From Squalus acanthias (Eukaryota), in contig JASTWF010000353.1 of the NCBI GenBank assembly GCA_030390025.1, positions 310,001-374,000 of the forward strand: a stretch of DNA of 64,000 bases, given 5' to 3'. Position numbers and translations under genes: made by a program. Within the stretch, counting starts at the first letter, position 1. Each line of letters begins with the position of its first letter. Below the pieces are notes generated by a model. It was not told where the DNA came from. It was given only the letters and a program-made list of their open reading frames with translations, and ran no database searches. Below, one piece after another: positions 38,614 to 49,551 of the stretch.

Positions 38614-41600
38614 CTTCCAGGATGTCTCCTCCCCTGATGCAAGCTGCTTTGCCTGCCTGTGTGCCTTGTGGTCCTACCTGGGGCTGCGCGTCCCCACTCG
38701 CGGGGTTTACCCCTGTGGTTTTCCCTTGCGCACCTGGCTTGTACAATTTGCACTGGTTTACGTGGAACCACTTAGTGCGCCGAGGTACCTTTACGGCGTA
38801 TACCATGGGACTCGCCTTATCTACAATGTTGTAGGGTCCCATATACAGTGGTTCCAGACTCCCTACTCTGGCGTAGTTTCTGACCATGACCTGGTCTCCT
38901 ACTTCCCACTCCCGCGTTTTGCGGGGTTCCAGCAACAGGCGATTGCCCTGATGCTGCCTTCCCATGTTCCCAGCCGCCTGCTCATAAACCTGCTTCAGGC
39001 GCTCCAAGAGGGTCTGGGCGAACTTGTCCCTGCTTATCTCTTGGAGCTGACCCTCAGTGAGCACCGGCGCTAGCACATGGGTGGGGGTTCGCATGAGCCT
39101 CCCAGTCATCACCTCGTGCGGGGAATACCCCGTACTTTTCGACTGACTGGCCCGGACCCCCATGAGGACTAAAGGCAGAACTTCCGCCCATTTTTGGGGC
39201 GAGTTCCTAGTCTCTTTCCTCAATTTCTCCTTCAGGGTCCGGTTCATACGTTCAACAATCCCGGATGACTGGGGATTGTGTGCTACGTGCCACTTCCCTT
39301 CAATGCCCAAAAGCATGAGGGTGTTCTGCATCACCTGGCCGGTGAAATGACTCCCTTGGTCTGACTCCACAAAACGGGGGAGTCCCCACCGCGAGAACAC
39401 TTCCCTGACCAAGATTTTTGCAGTATCCAGTGCCGTAGCTGTTCGACAAGGGAAGGCTTCCACCCATTTGGAAAACACATCCAGCAAGACGAGGCAGTAT
39501 TTATAGCCTCCCTGGGTGGTAGGCAGGGGCCCTATATAGTCGATCTGTATCGACTGCCATGGTCCCTCTACCCTTCTTACGTGTCCCATGGGCACTTTCC
39601 TTTTCTGGGGGTCTGGGTTGTTTGCAGCGCACACAAGACAGTTTGCACAGAACTCGCGGACTTGTTCCCTGAGCCCTGGCCACCATCCCGCTTGCTCTAC
39701 CCGTTGCCAGGTAACCTCGGGCCCAGGGTGCCCTGCCCCTGGTCCCTCGTGAGCCAACTGGTGGAATTCCCTCCTGTGCTGCTGCGGCACAACCCACTGC
39801 TCCTCGCGGAACAGCATGCCTTCCTTAACTGAGAGGGTTGCCGTACTGTACGGACCCTCTACCTGCTTCCCCTCAGCAATGGTTTTGAGGACTGCTTTTA
39901 GGGCGGGATCCTGGTTCTGGACGGTCTTAAGATCTAGGGGCAATGCTACCCTGGTGTTCCCGGGATTCCCGTCCCTGCCTTGGATCGCTGCCATGGGTCT
40001 GGGTCCATAGGGGTCCCAGAAAATGCCGTTGCGGGCACCTTCCCTGGCTAGCGCATCCGCCTGTTGGTTGCCCTCCCCACGGGGCTCTGTGGAGGAGTGA
40101 GCTTTCACCTTATGGATGAAAACCTCTCCTTCCTCCCCTACTGCTGCTAGGATCTTTTCCAGCAAGGGCTTCACCGTTAAAGGTCGCCCGTCCGCGGAGG
40201 TGTATCCACGGCGGGACCAAATGGCCAGGTATTCCGTACACGAATTGCATGTGAACATACTGTCCGAGCAAATCGTGTATGGGGTTGGGAAAATGTCTGG
40301 GTGGGTAACGACGTACACCACTGCAGACAGCTCAGCCTGCTGCGCGCTCATGGTGCTAGGGAGCTTGATCGCCAGGGCAAGGTTTGCCGCAGGGTCATAA
40401 ACTCCACACCCTGTGAGTCGTTCGCCAGCAGATACTGTGCTGGAACCATCAACATAAATCTCGCGCCCAGTGGGATGTATCCCGGCCCGTAAACCTATGT
40501 TGACTTCCCACACCCCTTCCACCGAACACCGGTGGGCTGTACCGGGGTATACCAAATTGGCCGCAAGCCTGGGTTCGCAAAGACCTTTAACTCTAAGATC
40601 CATCTGGGAAAGAAGAAGGGTCCAGCGCGCAATACGCACGCTGCTTACGGTCCCATCTTTAATCCTCCCATCTAGAAGCATCTTAGTTGGTGTGTGATGG
40701 GTGAGGAGAGTGATGGGAGAGAGCCCTGTGAAGATCGCTGATCTTTTCACAGCCCAATGCGTGGCTAAAAGGTGCTTTTCGCAATTGGAGAAACTTCTCT
40801 CCACATCCATTAACACCCTGGACGAATAGACAACCGGCCTCAGCTTGCCGTGACGCTCTTGGAGCAGCACAGCGCTCAAGCTGTCCCCGCTGGCAGCTAC
40901 CTCCAGGAAAAACTCCTTCCCCCCATCTATGGCCCCTAAGGCTGGCGCGGTCTGCAGATCCCTTTTTAACTTCTCGAAGGCTGCTTGGCAGCCCTCGTCC
41001 CAAAACCACTCCACTCCCTTATGGAGGAGTCGGAGCAGCGGCGCCACTGTGGCCGCATAGTCTTCGATAAAATCCCTGCAGTAACCGGTCAGTCCCAAGA
41101 AGGACCTCACACCACTTATGGTGTTGGGAATCGGTAACTCTTGCACCGACTCCCTCCTAGCTTTATCTATGGCTCTTTCTCCAGCGCGAATGGTCAGCCC
41201 CAGGAATTTTACTTCCTGCTGACCGATACGTGCTTTCTTAGGGTTCACTTTAAAACCCTTTCTCGCTAGCAGCTCCAATAACTCGGCCAGTAGTGGTCCA
41301 TGCTCCTCCCTTGAGTCCGTAAATAGGAGCAAATCATCCACGTACTGCACTATCTGATTGGGCTGACTAAACTCCTTTAAACTTCCTGCCATACACTGAT
41401 GGAAAATACTGGGGCTATTGTGGAAACCCTGTGGCAGACAGTTCCATGTGTACTGTTGTCCTTTGAAAGTAAAGGCAAACTTGTACTGGTCCTCTCGCCG
41501 CAGCGGGATGGACCAAAAACCGTTCGAGATATCCAGCACCGTGAACGTGGTCGCGGACGCTGGGATACTCCCTATTAGGTCAGCAACTGCCGCTACCGTG

Positions 41601-42409
41601 GGCGCGCAGGCGGGAATGTTACTGTTAAGGACTCTGTAGTCCACCGTCGCTCTCCACGAATTATCCGGCTTCCTAACCGGCCATAATGGGGAGTTCACGT
41701 GTGTGGCTATCGGCCTCAACACGCCCTGCTGCACCAAGGAGGACATTGCTGTCTCCATGTCGGGTTCTGCTTCTTTGGGGAAGTTATACTGCTTTTGGGG
41801 CCGTGTCATGGGGTCCCCATCTACGCTGACCTCAAACCCGGTAACCCTCCCACAATCGTGCTTGTGGGTTGCAAACGCGTGCATATTATCTGACACGTAC
41901 GTTTGCATGTCCGTTGGGACATCTGCGACCATAAGCCCGAGGTCGTAGCCTCCGGATGGCTGCATGGTACACAGGACCCCTGTTTCTTCCTCCCCCGGAA
42001 TTACCACTACCTCGCCTTCTTCACTCTTAGCCCCCCAGAGACAGTGATTTCTGAGGTCCACGAGGATCCCGTGTCCTGATAGGAGATCGGACCCGAGGAT
42101 ACCTCTCCCACCCCCCTCCTGCCATTCCATCAGTATGCACTTCCACTTAATGTGGAGCGCTCCTAAACGAATGGATAGCGGAAGGGAGAACGCGCCAGCC
42201 TGTTCTTTTCCCGTGAACCCCGCTAATGTGAATGGGACCTTGTTAGATAGCGTTGAGTCAAAAGGGCTATCTGTATGAATCACGGTGCAAGAAGCTCCCG
42301 TGTCCAACAAATAACTACCCTTCTGTTTCTCTACCTCCATTTCCACCAGGGGTCGCTTCCACGCATCATAGCTGAGCGGACACAGGTAGACGGGCTGCGC
42401 GGGCTCTAG
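38591..42409 (-). CDS. pol: Pol polyprotein: protease, RT, degenerate RNase H tether, RNase H, integrase
   Basis: LLDTGAS; LPQGFHNSP and YVDDLL; tether FFLEVAAS..CEKHLLA; IYVDGSS..QQAELSA..SDS..GNQQADALA; HHCC; IDYIG..SDQG..VERMN; GPY motif. The frame is open from the gag TGA onward. Confidence 0.96.
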   Translation of the reverse strand, partial: LEPAQPVYLCPLSYDAWKRPLVEMEVEKQKGSYLLDTGASCTVIHTDSPFDSTLSNKVPFTLAGFTGKEQAGAFSLPLSIRLGALHIKWKCILMEWQEGGGRGILGSDLLSGHGILVDLRNHCLWGAKSEEGEVVVIPGEEETGVLCTMQPSGGYDLGLMVADVPTDMQTYVSDNMHAFATHKHDCGRVTGFEVSVDGDPMTRPQKQYNFPKEAEPDMETAMSSLVQQGVLRPIATHVNSPLWPVRKPDNSWRATVDYRVLNSNIPACAPTVAAVADLIGSIPASATTFTVLDISNGFWSIPLRREDQYKFAFTFKGQQYTWNCLPQGFHNSPSIFHQCMAGSLKEFSQPNQIVQYVDDLLLFTDSREEHGPLLAELLELLARKGFKVNPKKARIGQQEVKFLGLTIRAGERAIDKARRESVQELPIPNTISGVRSFLGLTGYCRDFIEDYAATVAPLLRLLHKGVEWFWDEGCQAAFEKLKRDLQTAPALGAIDGGKEFFLEVAASGDSLSAVLLQERHGKLRPVVYSSRVLMDVERSFSNCEKHLLATHWAVKRSAIFTGLSPITLLTHHTPTKMLLDGRIKDGTVSSVRIARWTLLLSQMDLRVKGLCEPRLAANLVYPGTAHRCSVEGVWEVNIGLRAGIHPTGREIYVDGSSTVSAGERLTGCGVYDPAANLALAIKLPSTMSAQQAELSAVVYVVTHPDIFPTPYTICSDSMFTCNSCTEYLAIWSRRGYTSADGRPLTVKPLLEKILAAVGEEGEVFIHKVKAHSSTEPRGEGNQQADALAREGARNGIFWDPYGPRPMAAIQGRDGNPGNTRVALPLDLKTVQNQDPALKAVLKTIAEGKQVEGPYSTATLSVKEGMLFREEQWVVPQQHRREFHQLAHEGPGAGHPGPEVTWQRVEQAGWWPGLREQVREFCANCLVCAANNPDPQKRKVPMGHVRRVEGPWQSIQIDYIGPLPTTQGGYKYCLVLLDVFSKWVEAFPCRTATALDTAKILVREVFSRWGLPRFVESDQGSHFTGQVMQNTLMLLGIEGKWHVAHNPQSSGIVERMNRTLKEKLRKETRNSPQKWAEVLPLVLMGVRASQSKSTGYSPHEVMTGRLMRTPTHVLAPVLTEGQLQEISRDKFAQTLLERLKQVYEQAAGNMGRQHQGNRLLLEPRKTREWEVGDQVMVRNYARVGSLEPLYMGPYNIVDKASPMVYAVKVPRRTKWFHVNQCKLYKPGAQGKTTGVNPASGDAQPQVGPQGTQAGKAACIRGGDILEDVGMGVR

Positions 42410-44217
42410 TCATTGGGTATTGTTAGACGGGCCTGTGGCACCTGCGGGGCCGGTAGCAACCGCCACTTTTCCATGCGCACTCATGAAGTTGCGCATGGCT
42501 CCCAACACTGTTTCGATGTCGTCGGGAGGGGTGGGTGCACTAGCTTCCCTATCAGAGACAGGCATCTGGGCTCGGGCTGCGGGATTTTTATCCCTGGAAT
42601 CCTTCCAAGGGTTCCTACAGTTCTTGCGCCAGTGCCCTGTCTTCCCACACCCGTAACAAGCATTACTTGCCTGCGGGGCGCGGTTACCCTCCTGATGCCA
42701 ATCCTTTTGAGCCGGGGCTGCGGGTCGTACCTCATGTACTTTTCCCTTAAGGGGACGTGTTCCCATACCCCTGATATTACGGTACCCTACCGTGAGTCGA
42801 TTTAGGACCGACTCCTCTGTAGTGGCGGGGTCAGTGGGATCAAACCACGCTTTTGCCTGCTCTCTGACGGCTGGCAAACTGTTGGCTACTATACACCTGA
42901 GCCAATGAGTTAAACCGATGCCTGCCACAGCGTCACGCTCTGGCGCACCTGGGCAGCTGCGCTGGTATACTGGCCACAGCCTGTCGGCAAAAACCTTAGG
43001 GGGTTCTCCCTCCATCTGCACTGTCTGTCCCACTCTAGCAAACGGACCTTCATCGTCCGCCCCAACACTTCCAGGACCGCATTCTTTAAAGACTCATAAG
43101 TCTTGGTTCCCCTCTTGCTCTCGCCCGAGAGACACTGAAGGATTGAACTGCCTAACGAAAACAACAGCATTTTTGCTGTTTCCCCATCATCGCAGCCGTT
43201 AATGGCTGCGGTTTGCTCAACTTCTCTGAAATGTACGGAAGGGTCGTCTAACTCAGTCAGCTTCCGTACATGATTTATCATAACTCTCAGCTGGTGTGAG
43301 CTGTGAGGCAACACAAGCTGGCCGAGGAGATCCCCTGGTTCCTCCCCACCGTTTCTGTTTGGGCCCCTTTTTATACCCGTAACTGGATACAACGGTCCCT
43401 TTTCCACTTCTTTCTCAACGGGCTCTTTCGTTTCTTCCACTACTTCCTCCCTTACCCAGGTTTCCGAATAGCTGGGTGGCGCGGAGGGCGCAGTGACTAA
43501 TACTTCCTCTGCTTTACTTGGTGGGGACTTCTGAAACTCCTCTTTTACTAGCGGCTGGTGTGCTGACGGACTGATAAGGCACACCATGCCGTGCGCTTTG
43601 TTCACGGCCCTTTTGAGGTGCTCTATCTCCTTTTGGCAGGCGCTATGATCGGCCCCCTGAAACTTATCCTCAAGGGCCAACTTATATGCCGCCCTAACCC
43701 CCGTTAAGCTCTCTTCCTGAGTTCTTATCTGGGCAGCTTGGCGGGCACATCGTTCCTTTAATCTGCCCTCACTTAACTTAGCCTCAGTGACCTGGCACTC
43801 GAGGTAATCTATCCTTGTTTTATGGTGACTGGAGATTTCCTGGCGTTCTTGGTGCAGCGCACTTAAATTCCGAATGAGCAATTCCCCTCCAGAGACCTTC
43901 TCATCCATTTCTCCCTCTAAATGACTGATTCGAGCTGTTAGCGCTGTAATGACCTGGTTTGAAATCTGGACCTGCCTTTTGTAACACATTAGCCAGACTG
44001 CTTTCTCGATTGTCTTTTTATGTTCTTTACTATCTGTCCACCTTTCGGCTGCCTCTAGTGGACTCTTATCCGCTAACAATTCACTTATCCATTTCTTAGT
44101 TAGATTAACCTTTCCGAACACATAATCTGCTATCTTTTCCTGCATAACATTTCGTACAGTCACACCAAAGTCTAACACACTACCCTCTCGCTGCCAGTGT
44201 CCTGCCGCGGTTGCCAT
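42410..44217 (-). pseudogene. gag: Gag of provirus 1, split by a 1-nt deletion in a G run (43060-43063)
   Basis: The two ORFs join into the homologue of 51229-53040 (4 G here, 5 G there). CCHC knuckle CYGCGKTGHWRKNC. The lesion could be a homopolymer sequencing error. Confidence 0.9.
44199..44216 (-). promoter_or_regulatory. Primer binding site, tRNA-Arg(UCG) type, one mismatch
   Basis: TGGCAACCGCGGCAGGAC, 5 nt inside the 5' LTR end. The tRNA identity is from my recall of vertebrate tRNA-Arg-TCG 3' ends. Confidence 0.8.
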
Positions 44218-44221
44218 TTTC

Positions 44222-45583
44222 TGTAAGGGTTTTCTCTCTGAACCTGTGAGATTCGTGTGGCTCTGTGCAGCCTGGATGCTAGTGCGGGTTTAGGCCTTGT
44301 TGCCTGTTCTGGTCTCCAGCCAGTCTGGGAGCACTAGACACCTGTGAGTGGTTCGACCCACTCGCCCTTACGGTTCTGACACTGGACTTAGATGCGAGAG
44401 CAGTAATGGAGATAAAACTCAGGTAGACCCGGTTGAATGGTACGAAATGGAAAATCTTTATTGCATATTATTTAAGATTACGAAATACATGTCATAAGCA
44501 CAGATTAATGACAGTACAATCTTACACGCAGTTATGTGACTAATTTCAGGGAAACGAGGAACGCACGGCACATTGTAAAAAGGGGAACACATTATATTTA
44601 TCCTTAATAAAACCACCCTCCCCTATTAATACCTACACTAATCTAGATTTGTAGGATCGAGGAAGCATGCTCACCACTCGTGATACTTCGGAGAATTTTA
44701 AAGTAAGGCACTCGGCTCGTTTCGCTGCAGTTCTTTCTTGTATTTTCGGGCGTGGTCGGGGTTTACTGACCGTGGCAGTACGTGGATTCTTCTCCTCTTC
44801 TTCTCGTCTCGTCTCATAGTCAACAGAGTCCAGAGAAAAACAGAAGGCTGCTCGTCCAGCAGAGCGATACCCGAGGATCAGAATAGGAGAATAAAAGTTC
44901 AGCAGTCATCAGCGAGATCAATCAGTCAAGAGTCCAGCCCGAGTCAAGAGTCAGCAGAGATATGAGTCGAATCCAGAGAATCAGCCCTTGATGGACATTT
45001 GTTCACTATAGTTATAGTGCTGTGTTCCCTTATCTCCCGCTCAAATCTTAATGTTTGTCCTTTGTGAAATGCTGGTGCACAAAACTCCCAGCATGGGGCG
45101 ATTCTTTCCTTTAATGGGTTTCGGTAGCACCTTAAACTGGCCAAGTAGCCGTTAATGTTTTCCCCATTGTCGAGCCGGCTAGGAGTCTCCCTGACTGGGT
45201 TTGGGGCCTTCTCGAATACTGATATGTGTATTGCTGTGTCTGGATGGGCCTTCGATTGCCCATTACAATGGTCCTTACTTGTGCATGGAAAATGATTCCA
45301 GCACTTATATCTTTGCTATTGTGTCGAATGCAGACAGGTTGCACCCTGTCTTTATCAGTGTTTGGTGCATATTAACCAATCTGATACTGAAATGTTTATT
45401 CGAACGCCATCTTGTCTGCCCACTGTATTCTGGAAGCTTCTGCCACGATGCTCGGCGGCCATTTTACAGGCTGCTTGTGTCCACTTTGAAAACCTGACAG
45501 CATTCTGCTGAAATAAAACTGTTTGAACGAAACGATGTGTTTTCTCCTTATTTATAAAATCGCGATATATTGCGAATTCTACA
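44222..45583 (-). repeat. 5' LTR of provirus 1 (1362 bp)
   Basis: Differs from the 3' LTR by about 7 substitutions and one 2-nt indel, counted by eye. Confidence 0.96.
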
Positions 45584-47621
45584 CTCTCCACTGTCGCATC
45601 AAACACTCCCGGGACAGGTACAGCACGGCTTAGATACAGAGTAAAGCTCTCTTGCAATATTCCATCAAACACTCCCAGGACAGTTACAGAACGGGTTAAA
45701 TCCAGAGTAAAGCTCCCTCTACACTGTCCCATCAAACATTCCCAGAGCAGTTACAGCAAAGGTTAGATACAGAGTAAAACTCCCTCTACACTGTCCCCAT
45801 CAAACACTCCCAGGGCAGGTACAGCATGGCTTAGATACAGAGTAAAGCTCCCTCGAGACTGTCACATCAAACACTCCAAAGGCAGGTACAGCACGGGTTA
45901 GATACAGAGTAAAGCTCCCTCGAGACTGTCACATCAAACACTCCAAAGGCAGGTACAGCACGGGTTAGATACAGAGTAAAGCTCTCTCTACACTGTCCCA
46001 TCAAGCTCTCCCAGAGCAGGTACAGAACAGGTTAAATACAGAGTAAAGCTCCATCTAAACTGTCCCATCAAACACTCCCAGGGCAGGTACAGCACGTGTT
46101 AGATATAAAGTAAAGCTACCTCTAGACTGTCCCATCAAACACTCCAAGGGCAGGAACAGCACGTGTTAGATACAGTAAAGCTCGCTCTACACTGTCCCAT
46201 CAAACACACCCAGGGCATGTACAGCACGTGTTAGATACAGAGTAAAGCTCCCTCTAGACTGTCCCATCAAACACTCCCAGGGCAGGTACAGCACGGGTTA
46301 GATACATAGTAATGCTCCCTCCAGACTGTCCCATCAAACACTCCCGGGGCAGGTACAGCATGGTTTAGATACAGAGTAAAGCTCCCTCTACACTCTCCCA
46401 TCAAACACTCCCGGGACAGGTATAGCACAGGTTAACTACGGAGTAATGCACCCTCTACAGTGTCCCATCAAACACTCCCAGAGCAGATACAGCACGGCTT
46501 AGATATAGATTAAAGCTTCCTCTACACTGACCCATCAAACACTCCCAGGGCAGGAACAGCATGGCTTAGATACAGAGTAAAGCTCCCTCTAGAGTGTCCC
46601 ATCAAACACTCCAAAGGCAGCTACAGCACGGGTTAGATACAGAGTAAAGCTCCCTCTAGACTGTCCCATCAAACACTCCCAGGGCAGGTACAGCACGGGT
46701 AAGATACAGAGTAAAGCTCCCTCTACACTATCCCATCAAATACTCCAAGGGCAGGTATAGCACGGGTTAGATACAGAGTAAAGCTCCCTCTACACTGTCC
46801 CATCAAACACTCCCGGGACAGGTACAGCATGGGTTAGATACAAAGTAAAGCTCCCGCTGCACTGTCCCATCAAACACTCCCAGGGCGGGTACAGCATGAC
46901 TTAGATACAGAATAAAGCTCCCTCTCGACTGTCCCATCAAACACTCCAAAGGCAGGTACAGCACGGGTTAGATACAGAGTAAAGCTCCCTCTAGACAGTC
47001 CCATCAAACACTCCAAGGGCAGGTACAGCACGGGTTAGATACAGAGTAAAGCTCCCTCTACACTATCCCATCAAATACTCCAAGGGCATGTACAGCACGG
47101 GTTAGATACAGAGTAAAGCTCCCTCTACACTGTCCCATCAAACACTCCCAGGGCAGGTACAGCACGGGTTAGATAGAGAGTAAAGCTTCCTCTACACTGT
47201 CCCATCAAACACTCCCAGGGCAGGTACAGCACAGGTTAGATGCAGAGTAAAGCCCCCACTCCACTGTCCCATCAAACACTCCCGGGACAGGTCCAGCACG
47301 GGTTAGATACAGAGTAAAGCTCCCTCTACACTGTCCCATCAAACACTCCCAGGGCGGGTACAGCATGACTTAGATACAGAATAAAGCTCCCTCTAAACTG
47401 TCCCATCAAACACTCCCAGGGCAGGTACAGCACGGGTTAGATGCAGAGTAAAGCTCCCTCTACACTGTCCCATCAAACACTCCCAGGGCAGGTACAGCAC
47501 GGGTTAGATACAGAGAAATGCTTCCTCTACACTGTCCCATCAAACTCTCCCAGAGCAGGTACAGAACAGGTTAAATACAGAGTAAAGCTCCCTCTCGACT
47601 GTCCCATCAAACACTCCAAGG
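45584..47621. repeat. 67-bp satellite, continued
   Basis: Same monomer. Confidence 0.95.
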
Positions 47622-48715
47622 TGTAAGGGGTGACCTGCGGCTCTGTGCTTAGCCTGGGTGCTAGTGCCTTGTCGCCTGTTCTGGTCTCCTGCCAGCCTGA
47701 TAACACAGACACCTGTGAGTGGTTCGACCCACTCGCCCTTACGGTTCTGACACTGGACTTAGGTGCGAGAGCAATAATGCAGAGAAAGACTCAGGTAGAC
47801 CCGGTTGAATAGTGCGAAATGGAAAATCTTTATTGCATATTATTCAAGATTACGAGATACATGTCATAAGCACAGATTAATGACATTACAATCTTACACA
47901 CAGTTATGAAACTAATTTTAGGGAAACGAGGAGCGCACGAAACATCGTAAAAGGGGACACACATTATAATTATCCTTAAAACTTAAACCCTCCCCTATCA
48001 ATACCTGTCCTAATCTAGATTTGTAGGATCGAGACTCATGCTCACCACTCGTGATAACTCGGAGAATTCCGAAACTCTGCTCGGATGTTTTTACCGCAGC
48101 ACCTGACTATCCACGTGTTGATCAGGGGTCTCTGTACCCCACTTGTTTACTCGTTTCTGCTCCGGCTAGCAGGCTGGACCGTCTGCTGTCATGAAGATCT
48201 GTGTTGCCCTCGGAGTTCTGATACTACTCAAAAATAGAGTCTTCCTGTGCCCTACACCGGTTCGATAGAACTCGAAGAAGGGTCTTCCTAGGCCAGTTGT
48301 GGAGTAGCCGATAAAATTCGAAGAAGTGTTTATTGGACTTACAGGCGCGGTCGGACCTTACTGACCGTGGCGATACGTATTGTCGTCTTCTTTTCTTCTC
48401 ATCTCATCTCATCTCATCTCATCTCCTCTCGGGCCTTCGGTTCCAACACCGTTTACCGACTTCTCGGGATGGTGCGCCCGCTTCCAGGCCTCACAGCCCA
48501 GTTCTCCACCGATCTTCGCGGCAAGCCACGAGGTTGATCCTAGCGGATCAGAGTCCAGAGCCGTCAGGCAAGAGAATAAAAGTTCAGCAGCCTTCCAGCG
48601 AGTCAAAGCAGCAAGAGAGAGATGGACGGTTGTACCTTACAGTTATAGTGCTGTAATTCCTCTTTTCTCGCCCAATCTTAATGTCTATCTTTTGTCAGGG
48701 TTTTGGCGCTCAAAC
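47622..48715 (-). mobile_element. Interrupted LTR (subfamily I), host site of provirus 3
   Basis: Collinear with 30834-31937. It stops at ...gcgctcaaac where a new tgtaaggg LTR end begins. Confidence 0.9.
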
Positions 48716-49549
48716 TGTAAGGGATTCTGGCCCTGCGTGTCTCGCAGCCTGTGAGATTCACGCGGCTCTGTGCAGCCTGTATGTCAGTGCGGGTTTAGGC
48801 CTTGTTGCCTGTTCTGGTCTCCAGCCAGTCTGGGAGCACTAGACACACCTGTGAGTGGTTCGAATCACTCGCCCTTACGGTTCTAGACACTGGACTTAGA
48901 TGCGAGAGCAGTAATGGAGATGAAACTCATGTAGACTCGGTTGAATGGTACGAAATGGAAAATCTTTATTGCATGATATTTAGGATTACGAAATACATGT
49001 CATAAGCACAGATTAATGACAGTACAATCTTACAAGCAGTTATATAGCTGATCCTAGGGAAACGAGGAACGAACGACACACCGTAAATAGGGGCACACAT
49101 TACAAGTATCCTTAATACTTAAACCCTCCCCTATCAATATCTGTCCTAACTAGATTCGTAGGATTTCGAGACTCATGCTCACCACTCGTGATAACTCGGA
49201 GAAATTCCGAATAGCTGATCGGATGTTTTTCACCGCAGCACCCACGTGTCGGTCAGGAGATCTCCTGGTCCCACTTGTTTACTTGCTTCTGCTCCGGCTA
49301 GCAGGCTGGACCGTCTGCTGTGATGAAGATCTGTGTTGGTTTAACAGGTACCTTTCCGAATAGGTTTCACAGACCAGTCAATATCATCGGTGATGATCCG
49401 TTCTTGCAAGTTCAAAGAAGTCTTCCTGGCAAGGAAAACTTGGCTATTCGACCTACAGGCGCGGTCGGGCTTTACTGACCGTGGCGATGAGTATGGTCTT
49501 CCTCTCTTCTCATCTCATCTCATCTCATCTCATCTCATCTCATCTCGGG
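48716..49549 (-). repeat. U5/R-side part of an LTR (subfamily III), probably the 3' LTR of provirus 3
   Basis: Starts tgtaagggattc and is reverse-complementary to the ends of the LTRs at 49552-51224 and 57073-58702. Breaks just after the (catct)n tract. Confidence 0.85.
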
Positions 49550-49551
49550 AC

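Larger units (their letters stand above)
33488..45583 (-). mobile_element. Provirus 1: near-intact endogenous retrovirus-like element (LTR-PBS-gag-pol-env-PPT-LTR, 12.1 kb), lokiretrovirus-like
   Basis: Two near-identical LTRs with PBS, PPT and gag, pol and env ORFs in retroviral order. Family assignment is inferred from the dual RNase H and F-like Env. Confidence 0.95.

Noticed and set aside
38102..39073. 323-aa antisense ORF as an HBZ-like accessory gene
   Set aside because: It mirrors GC-rich pol tail sequence and is split in the intact provirus 3 copy.
33488..45583. Classification as a foamy virus
   Set aside because: Gag has a CCHC knuckle, pol is in frame by readthrough, the PBS is Arg-type, there is no tas/bet region and Env is organised differently.
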